A stretch of 63,987 nucleotides of DNA, counting the filler, from Octopus bimaculoides (Eukaryota): assembly GCF_001194135.2 (NCBI RefSeq). It is 5 parts of 5 records of this genome, joined end to end, with 100 filler letters (N's around TTAATTAATTAA, not from the genome) between each part and the next. Parts side by side here need not be neighbours in the genome. Positions count along the whole stretch, not along the records: positions 1 to 7,223 come from NC_068992.1; positions 7,324 to 36,240 come from NC_068990.1; 3 more parts are not named here. The stretch is one strand, 5' to 3'. This document shows, in pieces, positions 1-12,031 of the stretch (the stretch's first letter is position 1; every line of letters begins with the position of its first letter). Under the pieces are notes generated by a model. The model was not told the origin of the DNA. It ran no database searches and was given only the letters and a program-made list of their open reading frames with translations. Made by a program: the position numbers and the translations under genes.

Positions 1-22
1 GCGTCTATCTTTCTGTCAGTCT

Positions 23-55
23 TTCTTCTTCTTCTTCTTCTTCTTCTTCTTCTGC

Positions 56-131
<76 letters not shown>

Positions 132-173
132 CATTATTATTATTATCATTATTATTATTATCATTATTATTAT
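23..173. repeat. (TCT)n followed by (ATT)n microsatellite
   Basis: Directly visible trinucleotide arrays; another (ATT)n array at ~438-508. Confidence 0.95.
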
Positions 174-226
174 ACGCTAGTGGCGTACATTGGTTGGTAA
201 TATGCCATACGGTTTAACCATTTTGT

Positions 227-337
227 CCACTCCACCCAAACACAGACAGACTGTATGTACCAAGGAAAAGAGGGGGAAGAGAACTTATTGGATGCAAAAA
301 CAGCATTAGAGCAGTAGAAAACAACATAGCATGGTAT
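227..337 (+). mobile_element. R4/Dong-clade non-LTR retrotransposon fragment (post-RT region)
   Basis: Translates PLHPNTDRLYVPRKRGGRELIGCKNSIRAVENNIAWY; HP..DRLY.PRK.GGRGL is typical of R4/Dong elements, and the homologous KRKRGGRGL is seen at ~60040-60065 (-). Confidence 0.7.
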
Positions 338-445
338 GCCACAGAACTGTTATTTTTAGGTCAGGCTTGTGTAGGATGAAAGATTGCAAAGGTAATGCAC
401 TGTACAAGCAATTGAAAACGAATGAAACTGAAAATAAGATTATTA

Positions 446-509
<64 letters not shown>

Positions 510-544
510 ATATCATCAGACGCTCACAGTCCTCTACAAATCGT

Positions 545-910
545 GCGATGAGATCGATGGATATTCCACTTTAGAAATTTATAGAGGATTAGTGGGGGGG
601 GGAGTGCGACGACGTTCTCGGAGAAACTCTAGGCGCCGACGAAAACAAACTGGCTAGTCTGTTCCGGAGAACTTTCCGGACGGGAACTATCATGGATAGT
701 TTCCAGATCTCCTTGGCCTGGAAGAGCTTAGAAGGGTGGGCGCTAGCCGTTCGAGATAGACTCTAAAGGCACGTATGTGCTGTCAAGCGGGCTCGTTCGA
801 GGTGCGCGCAGAGTGATGAAACCGTTCTGCACGCACTCGTTAAGTGTCGGGTCATTGCTGACTTGTAGAGTTATGTCGAACAGCTGTTGTCACGTGTGGG
901 ACAGATCCGT
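545..910 (+). mobile_element. L1/Tx1-clade LINE fragment (C-terminal zf-RVT region), decayed
   Basis: Reads YRGLVGG/ECDDVLGETLGADENKLASLFRRTF...AVRDRL*RHVCAVKRARSRCAQSDETVLHALVKC, with stops and a frameshift; resembles the C-x2-C...ET.LH...C zinc finger. Confidence 0.65.
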
Positions 911-912
911 CT

Positions 913-1005
913 GTAGAGCTCGACGAAGACGTCCTGCAAATGCTGATGGAACAAAATCTCATCGTAACTGTTGAGGAACTAGCACAGAAGCTTGGATTTG
1001 GTCAT
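913..1005 (+). mobile_element. mariner transposase fragment (second HTH)
   Basis: VELDEDVLQMLMEQNLIVTVEELAQKLGFGH matches the mariner GRP.E.DED.L..LVE.NP..T..ELA..LG pattern. Confidence 0.7.
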
Positions 1006-1075
1006 ACACAATTACACACACGCACATACACACACACACACATACATACTTACACATATACACACTCACACACAT

Positions 1076-1269
1076 AAATTCCGCCGAGGTTGATTCAAAT
1101 TCCGCCGAGGTTGATTCAAATTCCGCCGAGGTTGACTTTGCCTTTCATCCTTTCGGGGTCGATAAATTAAGTACCAGTTACGCACTGGGGTCGATGTAAT
1201 CGGCTTAACCCCTTTGTCTGTCCTTGTTTGTCATTTCTGTGTTTGGCCACTTGTGGGCAATAAAGAAAT

Positions 1270-1271
<2 letters not shown>
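1076..1271 (+). mobile_element. tRNA-derived SINE family A, 5'-truncated, with triplicated 21-bp internal unit
   Basis: Matches the full-length copy at 22741-22960 (aattccgccgagg...gtcgataaattaagtaccagtt...aataaagaaataag). Confidence 0.85.
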
Positions 1272-1306
<35 letters not shown>

Positions 1307-2301
1307 TGATAGATAGATAATGTCGAGTGTAATACTTCCGGAATGAATTTCCGCCTCAACATAGTACTGATAATTGTCACGTGACCAAATATTTAGTAAC
1401 TAAGGGTGATAATAGCATTTAATATGCAAATGTTTTGCTTTTTATCTTTGGTTTTNNNNNNNNNNNNNNNNNNNNNNNNNNNNNNNNNNNNNNNNNNNNN
1501 NNNNNNNNNNNNNNNNNNNNNNNNNNNNNNNNNNNNNNNNNNNNNNNNNNNNNNNNNNNNNNNNNNNNNNNNNNNNNNNNNNNNNNNNNNNNNNNNNNNN
1601 NNNNNNNNNNNNNNNNNNNNNNNNNNNNNNNNNNNNNNNNNNNNNNNNNNNNNNNNNNNNNNNNNNNNNNNNNNNNNNNNNNNNNNNNNNNNNNNNNNNN
1701 NNNNNNNNNNNNNNNNNNNNNNNNNNNNNNNNNNNNNNNNNNNNNNNNNNNNNNNNNNNNNNNNNNNNNNNNNNNNNNNNNNNNNNNNNNNNNNNNNNNN
1801 NNNNNNNNNNNNNNNNNNNNNNNNNNNNNNNNNNNNNNNNNNNNNNNNNNNNNNNNNNNNNNNNNNNNNNNNNNNNNNNNNNNNNNNNNNNNNNNNNNNN
1901 NNNNNNNNNNNNNNNNNNNNNNNNNNNNNNNNNNNNNNNNNNNNNNNNNNNNNNNNNNNNNNNNNNNNNNNNNNNNNNNNNNNNNNNNNNNNNNNNNNNN
2001 NNNNNNNNNNNNNNNNNNNNNNNNNNNNNNNNNNNNNNNNNNNNNNNNNNNNNNNNNNNNNNNNNNNNNNNNNNNNNNNNNNNNNNNNNNNNNNNNNNNN
2101 NNNNNTGTGGGGGTGTGCGTGCGTGTGTGTGTGTGTGTGTGTGTGTGCGTGCGTCTGCGTGCGTGTGTGTATTTGTGTTTCATTATTAGAAACACCCTTC
2201 ACTGTGACCTCGAATCAAGTTTTCGCCGAGAAATCCTTGTCAACGAACGTATACATATACAAACATATGCACCCACATTAGGCACACAAACATCTACGCA
2301 T

Positions 2302-2342
<41 letters not shown>

Positions 2343-3074
2343 TACATATATGGTTGAATCGAGAGAGAGAGAGAGAAAGAGATGTACCAATATATATATA
2401 TAGACAGATTTACATGCATATATATACATACAAACATTCATGTGGGCATTTTTATGTGTGCGTACGCGTGTGTATGTGTGTGTGTGTTGGTGTGTGGGTG
2501 TGTGTGCATGTGTATGCGTATACACGTAGCTAATTGGCTATTTACAAACAAACGGGGACAATACTTGAACATTTGAACATTAGAATAACCCCTGACATTA
2601 TTGAAACTAAAAGGAAGAAATTTTTATAATCAATTATTTAATTGTATTACTTCGGAGTTTCACCGTTTCTAATGGCTTTCTTTGGAGGATACAATAAAAC
2701 ATGCTTCAAATGTGAAAAAAAAAGAAGAATTAAAATAAAATAAAAAATAAAGCTGTTTGCTCATTGTAAAAACTCGATTAGATCGAGAAAACGATAGTTT
2801 TGAGGAAGTGGTTATACTGTAATATGAGCTGTGTGCCTTTAGAGATAGTTAAGCTAAGGAACAACAAATCGTTAGAACAATGTTTGAATACTAAAACGTC
2901 AATTAATAATATCATAAACTTTGTCAGTGAAACTGCTTTCATTTGAAATTACTAAGTCTTTTAATTAAATGTCTTAAAGCGTTTCCACACAGTGGAGTAA
3001 TAACTCCTTGAATAAAAATAATAGTCGAAACATCACGTTAACTTCCATCTTGGCATTGAAATTAATTCTTATTT

Positions 3075-3121
<47 letters not shown>

Positions 3122-3410
3122 CAAAAGCATTCCATCCGTGACCATCCCGTTGCTCCTGCGTTTTAGAGGTATATTATCGTTTACCTTTTACTTGTTTCAG
3201 TCATTAGGGTACGGACCATGCTGGATCACTATCTACAAAGGGATTAGTCAAACAAATCAAACCCAGTGGTCACTTTTTTAAAGTCTTGTACTTACCTGGT
3301 AGCAATGAGAGCTTCAACACGGGCGTACATTTTCTAATATGACCTTCCTTTATTTCAGAGACAAGCATGAGAGCATGAGAGGATGTGCACGAGAGAGAGA
3401 AAGAGAGAGG

Positions 3411-3441
<31 letters not shown>

Positions 3442-3734
3442 CTGCTATTTCTAATTAGGACCAAAAGCATATTTTTGACAAACTATGTACTCATATGTTG
3501 AATGGACTTAGTCAATCCCTTCTGTGTAATGTTTTAAATTAATTTAAATTCTATAGTTGTCTACACTGTTTTCCTTCATCAGAATTTATTATTAGAATAA
3601 TGAGTTCTTCTTCATAATTGTAAGAGTCATTTTAATTAATTGATTAATTAGTTAAAATTTCTTGGTTCATTAGATTAAGTATGCTTGTGCCCACTTTACC
3701 AAAGAATTACTAGATCACGTGGGTTGATTTACTA

Positions 3735-3945
3735 TTATGCGAGTAAACAGAAGTGGAAGACAATGGTTTCGAATTTTGGTACAAGACCAGTAATTACATT
3801 GATCCACCCATGCATCGACCCTCACCACGATGAAAGGAAAAGTTTGGCCTTGGCAGGATTTGAACTCAGAACGGAACGAGTGGGTAAAAATGAAAAGTAA
3901 GCTTTGTGTTCGACGCACTAGCGACAGTGTCAGCTCGTCGCCTTA
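3735..3945 (-). mobile_element. SINE family A, diverged copy
   Basis: tcgaccc...gatgaaagg...ggatttgaactcagaacg...agctcgtcgcctt, reverse complement of family A. Confidence 0.75.
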
Positions 3946-4101
3946 AAATGGGACCATTTTCAACAAATACAATTGTTGGGGATTAAATACCCGGTAACAC
4001 CTGCTGCATGAAAAATTAATAGTAAAATTGGTGCCACCATACTTAAAGGCAGTGATATGGTAGAATGCCGTTAAGCATTTGTACCTAGAATACAAACAAT
4101 T

Positions 4102-4392
4102 CTTATTTCTTTACTGCCCACAAGGGGCTACACACAGAGGGGACAAACAAGGACAGACAAACGGATTAAGTCGATTATATCGACCCCAGTGCGTGACTGG
4201 TACTTATTTAATCGTCCCCGAAAGGAGGAAAAGCAGAGTCGACCTCGGCGGAATTTGAACTCAGAACGTAGCGGCAGACAAAATACAGCTAAGCATTTCG
4301 CCCGACATGCTAACGTTTCTGCCAGCTCGCCGGACAAAATGCTGCAAAGCATTTCGCCCGGCGTGCTAACGATTCTGCGAGCTTGCCGCCTT
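4102..4392 (-). mobile_element. SINE family A, full length with duplicated 5' head segment
   Basis: Reverse complement of family A; the aagcatttcgccc...gctaacg...tctgc.agct.gcc segment occurs twice (4281-4330, 4347-4390). Confidence 0.9.
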
Positions 4393-4424
4393 AAGCCTTG
4401 CAGCTATATTAGAAATAATAATAT

Positions 4425-4640
4425 AGGCGATAGATTGGTGAAATCGTTAAAGCACTAAAAGAAATACGTTTTGGTATTTGCTCTGGATCTCTGCGTTCTG
4501 ATTTCAAATCTCACCCAAGTCAAATTTGCCTTGCATCTTTTCAGGATCGATAAAATAACGAACCATTCAAGTATTGTGGATCGAAGTAATTGACTCTCAC
4601 CGGCACTCCCCGATGTCTGACCTTGTGTCTATATCAGAAA
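4425..4640 (+). mobile_element. SINE family A, old diverged copy
   Basis: aggcgatagattggtgaaatcgttaaagcact...ctgatttcaaatctcacccaagtcaaatttgccttgcatc...gatcgataaaataa. Confidence 0.6.
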
Positions 4641-5732
4641 CAATATTTGTTCCTACCCTTTATGTTCCGAGCATCCAGGAAGGTGTAGTGAACTTGCTTG
4701 TATTTAACTGACAAGATGTTGTCTTCTGAAGAATAGGCCAGCAGGTCACCATTTTTGCATTCTCCGAAAAAGTTTCCATAACGAGCACGTAACTGTTATT
4801 TATAAAGTCACCAGGGGAACGTTCATTACCCGATAGCTCAGAAAAAAATCATACTTGATCCGAGAAGTCAAGAAATGCTACTTGGCACGTAACTTTATCT
4901 TCTGTCTTTCGTTTCAGTTATTAGACTGCAAACATGCTGGGGCACCGTGCGTCTGCACATATATCTTCATAGCGGGGCAAGATTTTTTGAAGAGCACAAA
5001 CAGCTGTCTATGCAATGCAAGAGAACCAACCATTTCATCAGTATTTACCCAGAGGAAAGGCCACCGATTTGGGACAAAATAGTTTGGCACCAATGGATCT
5101 AAGACGTTGCTATCAGAATGCAAAGAGAGATTCGGAACTGATACAGCAAATTTTAATTTAAATTCTGTTGTGCCTACACAATCTTTATGTTACTTCCATT
5201 TTGGGTCGTATGGAGGTGACCTCTGCCTCGTAAATTATTGCTTCTGCATTGCAAAAAGTGTCGAGTGGGAATATATTTAGGTTTCTGTACGAGTATATAT
5301 CTTCGGTTTTTGTTGACGACTGCGTACAATAATGTTTTTTGCTTCTTTTTCATGTTGGTATAATGACACTCAATGCAGCGAGGAGATGGGATTACTAACA
5401 GAACGGTAGAAACTTTTCTAGCATCAAAGGAGTGGCATCGAATTATATGGCTGATACTCTGAACTTCCAGTAGAATATTAGCATCACCGAGAAACCATTC
5501 TGTTGCTCTATGCGAAATATATCTTGACTTTAATCCATTTGTGATTTATGACCGTAATCATATTTCAATGAAGTCCAAACGCCGCAGGCAGGAAATCTTG
5601 GAGTAGGAAATAAAAATTAGTGCATGATTCTACTGGTCATAAAGAAGCGATTCCTTACGCTAATTCCTCTCGAGATGATAGCGGGAACGAAAGAGAGTCT
5701 TAGAAAGACAGAGAGAGAGAGGAAGAGAGAGA

Positions 5733-5777
<45 letters not shown>

Positions 5778-7191
5778 NNNNNNNNNNNNNNNNNNNNNNN
5801 NNNNNNNNNNNNNNNNNNNNNNNNNNNNNNNNNNNNNNNNNNNNNNNNNNNNNNNNNNNNNNNNNNNNNNNNNNNNNNNNNNNNNNNNNNNNNNNNNNNN
5901 NNNNNNNNNNNNNNNNNNNNNNNNNNNNNNNNNNNNNNNNNNNNNNNNNNNNNNNNNNNNNNNNNNNNNNNNNNNNNNNNNNNNNNNNNNNNNNNNNNNN
6001 NNNNNNNNNNNNNNNNNNNNNNNNNNNNNNNNNNNNNNNNNNNNNNNNNNNNNNNNNNNNNNNNNNNNNNNNNNNNNNNNNNNNNNNNNNNNNNNNNNNN
6101 NNNNNNNNNNNNNNNNNNNNNNNNNNNNNNNNNNNNNNNNNNNNNNNNNNNNNNNNNNNNNNNNNNNNNNNNNNNNNNNNNNNNNNNNNNNNNNNNNNNN
6201 NNNNNNNNNNNNNNNNNNNNNNNNNNNNNNNNNNNNNNTATATATATATATATCTGTGTATATGTATAAATGCATATATTGAATTATGTTAAGATTTACG
6301 ATTAATACCCATGGATTTGTTGTGGAATGCTGTTAGAGAGATCACAGAGGACTATGCGCATGTGTGTATGTATACATACCAAAATGGCTGCTATGAAAAT
6401 ATGAAAAGAAAAAGCTGTGTGCACACGCATGCGAACGTGCATGCGTATGTGTGTGTGTGCGCACGCGCGCGTCGTGTGTGTGTGTGTGTGTTGGAGCATG
6501 CATGTGCCGGTGAAAATAATATGGAGATAAGTGAATAAATCTTTTAGATTATCTTTCTGGTTACTTCATAATTCTTAGTTGAAATCTTAATGAGGTAGAC
6601 CGTAAATGATATCACATCAACCCGGTTTCGATTTCCGGTTCCTCCAAGTCACTTATCACTAATCACCAAAGAAATATACTTTTTAATCACCCCCACTTCA
6701 CCCAGAAAGCATAGAGAGCGAGATAAAATAAGAACTTCTTAAAATAGTACTTTATAGAGACATATTTTTAGCATTACATATGATTGTCGAATAGATAAGG
6801 GTATTGAATACTCAACTGCTCTGTGACTGGTTTCGAATCCTGGATCTCAGCAACAAATTCAGGAATTCTTTTTTTTATCAAATCGATCAGAGTGAGTTTT
6901 CGGAGCTGCTGTACCTTCATAATCATCTATCTCTTTCCGAATCCTCCCACTATCCTCAGATTCACACCCAAACACTCTGAAATGTTCGTATTGGAGTTTC
7001 AGGCCCGAATGCCAAGCAGTACAGCATGTCGTTTACAAATTTCTGGTACAGTGAATTGCGTCATGATGCTGTTTTTCTCACAGACGGTGCCCAACCGACC
7101 CTACTATACTGTGTAGTCGACAAAATCAAAAACAAACAATGCGCGTACCAGAAATTAAAACTATAAAATGCTGACAATTTACCCATCGCAA

Positions 7192-7223
<32 letters not shown>

Positions 7224-7323
7224 NNNNNNNNNNNNNNNNNNNNNNNNNNNNNNNNNNNNNNNNNNNNTTAATTAATTAANNNNNNNNNNNNNNNNNNNNN
7301 NNNNNNNNNNNNNNNNNNNNNNN
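7224..7323. other. Artificial 100-bp scaffold spacer N44-TTAATTAATTAA-N44
   Basis: Exactly 44 N + 12 bp + 44 N; the identical construct recurs at 36241-36340, 55651-55750 and 62846-62945. Confidence 0.95.
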
Positions 7324-7666
7324 GAGACTTGTAGTCTATGTTACAGACACTCTTTCTATGTTCTTTGTTTCCTCTCATTCACACGCACACTTGTACTCTC
7401 ACATATTGTACACACACTATTGCTTATACGACTGTCCGTCACTTCACATTGTTGTATACATTCTCTTGTACACGAAGGCCTGTCTTATCTACTGTGTTAA
7501 TTATATATGTCGCATGCACGCACACACAGACACAAACAGTTTCACTATGTTAATAAACTTACTCTCTTATATATCGGTTGTCTGTCCTAATAAGTTCTTT
7601 TACTGGCACTATGGCTCGTATCTCTCACGATGAGCCTCCAAAAAAAAAAAAAAATCTTATTTTGTG

Positions 7667-7739
7667 TTCGACCGTGCGACATGGAAAAAAGGAGTCTTTT
7701 CCGTCTACGTTGCCATCTCCTTTGGTTCGCACGGTCGAA
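7667..7739. ncRNA. Candidate structured small RNA / pre-miRNA-like hairpin, copy 1
   Basis: 13-bp perfect stem ttcgaccgtgcga/tcgcacggtcgaa plus inner stem aaaggag/ctccttt; paralog at 11963-12031 shares an identical 23-mer. Confidence 0.4.
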
Positions 7740-10700
7740 TTATTACAAAGGGTTTACAAGTAGATCGAGGATGGTACTATAAATACAATATATGAAAATG
7801 AGGTGGGGGTTACATGAAGGCGTGTAAACAGTAAAATTAACAAAAGGAAAGAAACAAAAAAGAAAATCAAACAAGAAAATTTTCCCAGAGCGAGAAGACC
7901 TCCAGTGGTTGCTCGTAGAAACTATACGAAGCTACGGTCAAGCCCGCCGTCCTTGTGGGTGCTAACAATAAAGGTTACTGTAATTTCCCCACATTCATAG
8001 TAACACCTATTTATTGCTGGGTTGGCTGGGACTTTAGAAAAAAACAGGTTTTGACGTGGGCTTCCGAGAGAAAGGTGGAACAAAAGCTACTTTCGGGGCC
8101 CGAGATGGTGAAGATGGATCTTCTCAAAATTTAAGTGTTGAGTTTTTTTTTTTCTTTTCACTTTTTTAAAAAACTTTTTTTCTTTTAGGGAAGTGCCCAG
8201 CAGATAGTCTTGAGCCCCTTCATTTACCCGGACCGATGTACTGGTCGAACCCCTATACCACAGATTCTAAGCTTGGTCTCGAAGCTGGCAGCAGTCCACG
8301 TTCCATAATATGAATGAGCCAACAAAGGAACGACCAGCTAGGAATAGCATGCAAATCTTTCTCAAATCATATATGCACAATTGTCTCGAAAATTTCTTGA
8401 AAAAAAAAAAAAAAAAAAAAACCCACATCTGGGCAAAATAGACAGGATGGTCATAGTTGGAATGCTTGTGATCAGGGGACTGCTTGACCAAGGATAACAT
8501 GGTAGGATGGTTAGACGGTAGCAGCAATGGGATATGAATTTTGAAAGCTCTAGGGACCTGCAGTATTCCATTGGTTCGGTTTGTCGTAACTCACAGGATA
8601 TTATTATATCTTTCTTTTGAAACCAATAACGTTGGTTTGCCCTGGTGAATAAGTTTCAATTAGTATCATGTTTGTTAAATGTTGAGAAAGTCAAAAGCAG
8701 GCACTACACCAACAGAATTTCTAATAGGAATGAATAATGTACCGTTTGTGTACTCAGTAGCAGATAACCGTGAGTTATAAAATCAATAACGTTTTAGTTA
8801 GCTATTTGATTGATAGAAGAAGATATACACACAACATAACACACCACACCAGACAACATTTTACCGCCCCATACCATGTCACACACGCTAAGTTTTATTA
8901 TCGTGGTCCATTAGCTAATAGAAAGAAGCGCCAATTCCGATAATAACCTTCAGGACTATGAAGAAACCACTGTGTGGTCGCTTGTTCATTTAGAAATAAC
9001 AGCCGAGTTTCTTCGAATTACAACTTAGCACCTTATAAAAGAAAGGACCACGTTAGACAATGTAAATTCATCAATCAGGACTGAGACCTGGAGTTAAACA
9101 ACATTTATCCATGCGTATTTATTTTGTTTTACAATCCAGAGCCTTTAGAGAGTGTGCGTGTACGTGCGTGCGTGTGTGCGGCATAAAAACCTCCCATATT
9201 TTACACTGCCAGTGTTACATAGCGCTACTTAAGTTTTCGTATAGTTTAATGGGTTTGCTATCCAATTGCCACCATGGTTTGGACCAGTGCACTCCGTGCT
9301 GTTAAAATGTTTGTCAAACGGTAAATTGTGTGAGGGTTTTTGTTGCCCCCCCCCCTTCCTCTTTCTCTCATGCATTTATACATCAATGAAACACCAGTTC
9401 TGTATCTATTAACATGTATCGATATAACAAAATGTTCATGTTAAAAATATTGATTTACTTGCGGACTAATTAATTAATTATCTTGTCTAAGATTAAAAAA
9501 ATGGATTGAAGGTCAAGTCACTGGAAAGCACTCAAGTGAATGCGTTGGAAATATTTATTTGTTGATGTTAACACCAAGTCAGCCCTGCTCAAGCAGATTT
9601 ATACATCAAAGGCGATCCGACTGTGGCATACCTGTCATGTATTTGCGCACATCATTAATATTTAAGTGCATATGGATGGATGTATTTATATATGTGTATA
9701 TGTACATTTATGCATTCATGTGTGTGTGTGCGTCTGTCTCCAAAACTCCAAAGTTGAGTAACGTTTTTATGCTTGGATTTGTAAACTACGATAAGAATAA
9801 CACTGGTCAACAAAGAATTTATCCCAAGGAAAAGAATACCTGTATCTTATATGTTTTGCATGCAGAATTCAAAAATATGTAATATACTAACATACAGAAA
9901 AATTAAAACAAAACACACGAAGTGAACCACGAAGTCACAGGCAACAGTGAAGTGAACCACAAAACAGCGTGCGGTTGTCATGGTAACAAGCTGCTAATGC
10001 CACGCTGTCTGTTGATTGGCTAAAATTACGCAAATTTCCCAACTTTAATTCCAAATAACATCAGATTTTTTAATTTACGAGATAAAGTAATTGGTTGATC
10101 GTAATCAAAATTCAGAGTTGCATCAATACACCGAAGGGATCTTGTTCAAAACCGGGGCACCAGTTTTCATTTATGTTTTATGTAGTGTTTTTGGTACCGA
10201 AAGACTTTCAAACTTCGTATATTTATCTATTTTGTGTTATAGAACAAAAAAAAATTTTTGTATTCGAATTTATTTCATGTAAAAAAATTGTCTTATTTCG
10301 ATAATTTCAACCAATCACTGACAAGTATTCATCTGTTTATACTTACTNNNNNNNNNNNNNNNNNNNNNNNNNNNNNNNNNNNNNNNNNNNNNNNNNNNNN
10401 NNNNNNNNNNNNNNNNNNNNNNNNNNNNNNNNNNNNNNNNNNNNNNNNNNNNNNNNNNNNNNNNNNNNNNNNNNNNNNNNNNNNNNNCCTAATTGACTTG
10501 CTCCTTCCCTCAAAAACCAGGCCTTGTGTCTATAATAGAAAGGTTTATTAGCTACTGCCAATATGCTTCAGCAATTTTTTGACAAGGAAATAATTTTATC
10601 ACCGCCAGAATCGTTTGAGAATCGTTTGTTTACGTAGTCAGCACTTAATTTTTACGGCTGAATGGACGTCAGTCATTGGTTGAAATTACAGAAATACGAT

Positions 10701-11099
10701 AACTTTAACATGAAATAACTTGCGATGTACGTTTTTTTGTTAAGAAGACTAAGAGAAAAAGATGTTTTATATGACACATTCTACCAGTGTCCCAAGTTTC
10801 AAAGTGTTTCCTTAAGAAAATACTGGTACCCCCGTTTTGAACAAGATCCCACCGAAGTTGAAAGCAATCTAAGCAAAATTAAAGGGGACTAATTTTGCGA
10901 ATGAGAAAAACTAGATCCGCAACACCGTTCTTTTCCTATATGTAGGACACAACTACATTGTACAAGATGTCTTTCTATTTTTAAGATGATACGGCGTGAT
11001 TATGAGAGAAATCAGGCTGTTATTCTTATAATGTCGAACGACTTCCCAGGGGTTTCCTGGTCGTAGCTAATGTTGTTGTTTAGCCCTGATCAGACAGAC

Positions 11100-11295
11100 C
11101 TATAATCTTCTAATTTTGAGCAAGAGGCCAGCAACTTTGTGGGGAGAGGAAGTCGATTACATCCATCACAGTGCTCAACTGGTACTATATCGACTCCTGA
11201 TGGATGAACGGCAAATTTGATCTCTGAATGTAAAGAGCCGGAAGAAATGCCGCCAAGCATTTTGCCCGGCAAACGATTCTGCCAGCTTACCATCT
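11100..11295 (-). mobile_element. SINE family A variant, diverged
   Basis: agtcgattacatc...actggtac...tcgactcctgatggatgaacggcaaa...aagcattttgcccggc...gattctgccagct. Confidence 0.65.
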
Positions 11296-11962
11296 TAGAT
11301 CTATAATCAAAGGCACCGAATCCTTTTGTTTATGTAGGAATACATTCTCGAATGCGTCTTTTCTATTTTCAAGACGATACAGTATGTGATACAAAGGACA
11401 TTTGGCTATTTCTAACAGGTTAAGCAACTATGACGAGTAGGGATAGGCAAAGGAGCCACTATTGACCCCTGTGAGACGGATGGTAGAGTTCTATGTGGCT
11501 ACCCAAGGGAATCGATGAACTCTTGAAACGATTTTGTGCATTAAAGATACTGAATTATTAGCGAACTGGTTTTTCAAGATAAATAGGATTCGATTTAAAG
11601 CAGTAGATCCGAAATACAGTATAGAAATTCAAAATGTCTTCGGAGATATCATGTCGTTGATACACACCAACTAAACATGTAACACTAACTGGATAATTGG
11701 AGAGCTAATTAACAAGCTCATGTTTTTCATTGGAGAAATAGCGTTGGTTACCCATTTACAGCTGTGGTTTCAACTTTAATTAATATGTTTTTACAGGAAG
11801 AAAAAGACAAAAATCATGGAAAATGTAAAAGACTGTAGTGAAACCTCTCTCTCGGGTATTTATTTACAAATGATAAAGAAGCAGCTAACATCTAGCTTTC
11901 GGCCGTTTGGACCTTGTGTTCATCACCCTGATTGGCTCTTATTTGCGCGCACATGTTTTGTG

Positions 11963-12031
11963 ACGACCATGCGACGCGTTAAAAGGAGCCTCTTCCTTCT
12001 CGTCGCAATCTCCTTTGGTTCGCACGGTCGT
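11963..12031. ncRNA. Candidate structured small RNA / pre-miRNA-like hairpin, copy 2
   Basis: Stem acgaccatgcga/tcgcacggtcgt plus aaaggag/ctccttt; 23-mer atctcctttggttcgcacggtcg (12008-12030) is identical to 7715-7737; followed by T6. Confidence 0.4.

Noticed and set aside
7268-7279. TTAATTAATTAA islands inside N-runs (also 36285, 55695, 62890) as a recurring genomic motif
   Set aside because: Always N44+12+N44 = 100 bp, palindromic with stops in all six frames; an assembler spacer, not biology.
7719-7737. Assignment of the hairpin pair to miR-9 because of CUUUGGUU
   Set aside because: Only the seed-length string matches; the remainder and arm position differ from miR-9, and the mature 5' end is unknown.
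7885-7925. Hammerhead ribozyme (gaagac...gaaac)
   Set aside because: The CUGANGA core is absent and stem II cannot be formed convincingly.
8267-8420. Minus-strand ORF end resembling an RLE retrotransposon C-terminus (GSFILWN)
   Set aside because: Similarity is limited to a few residues and the frame is built across a poly-T run.
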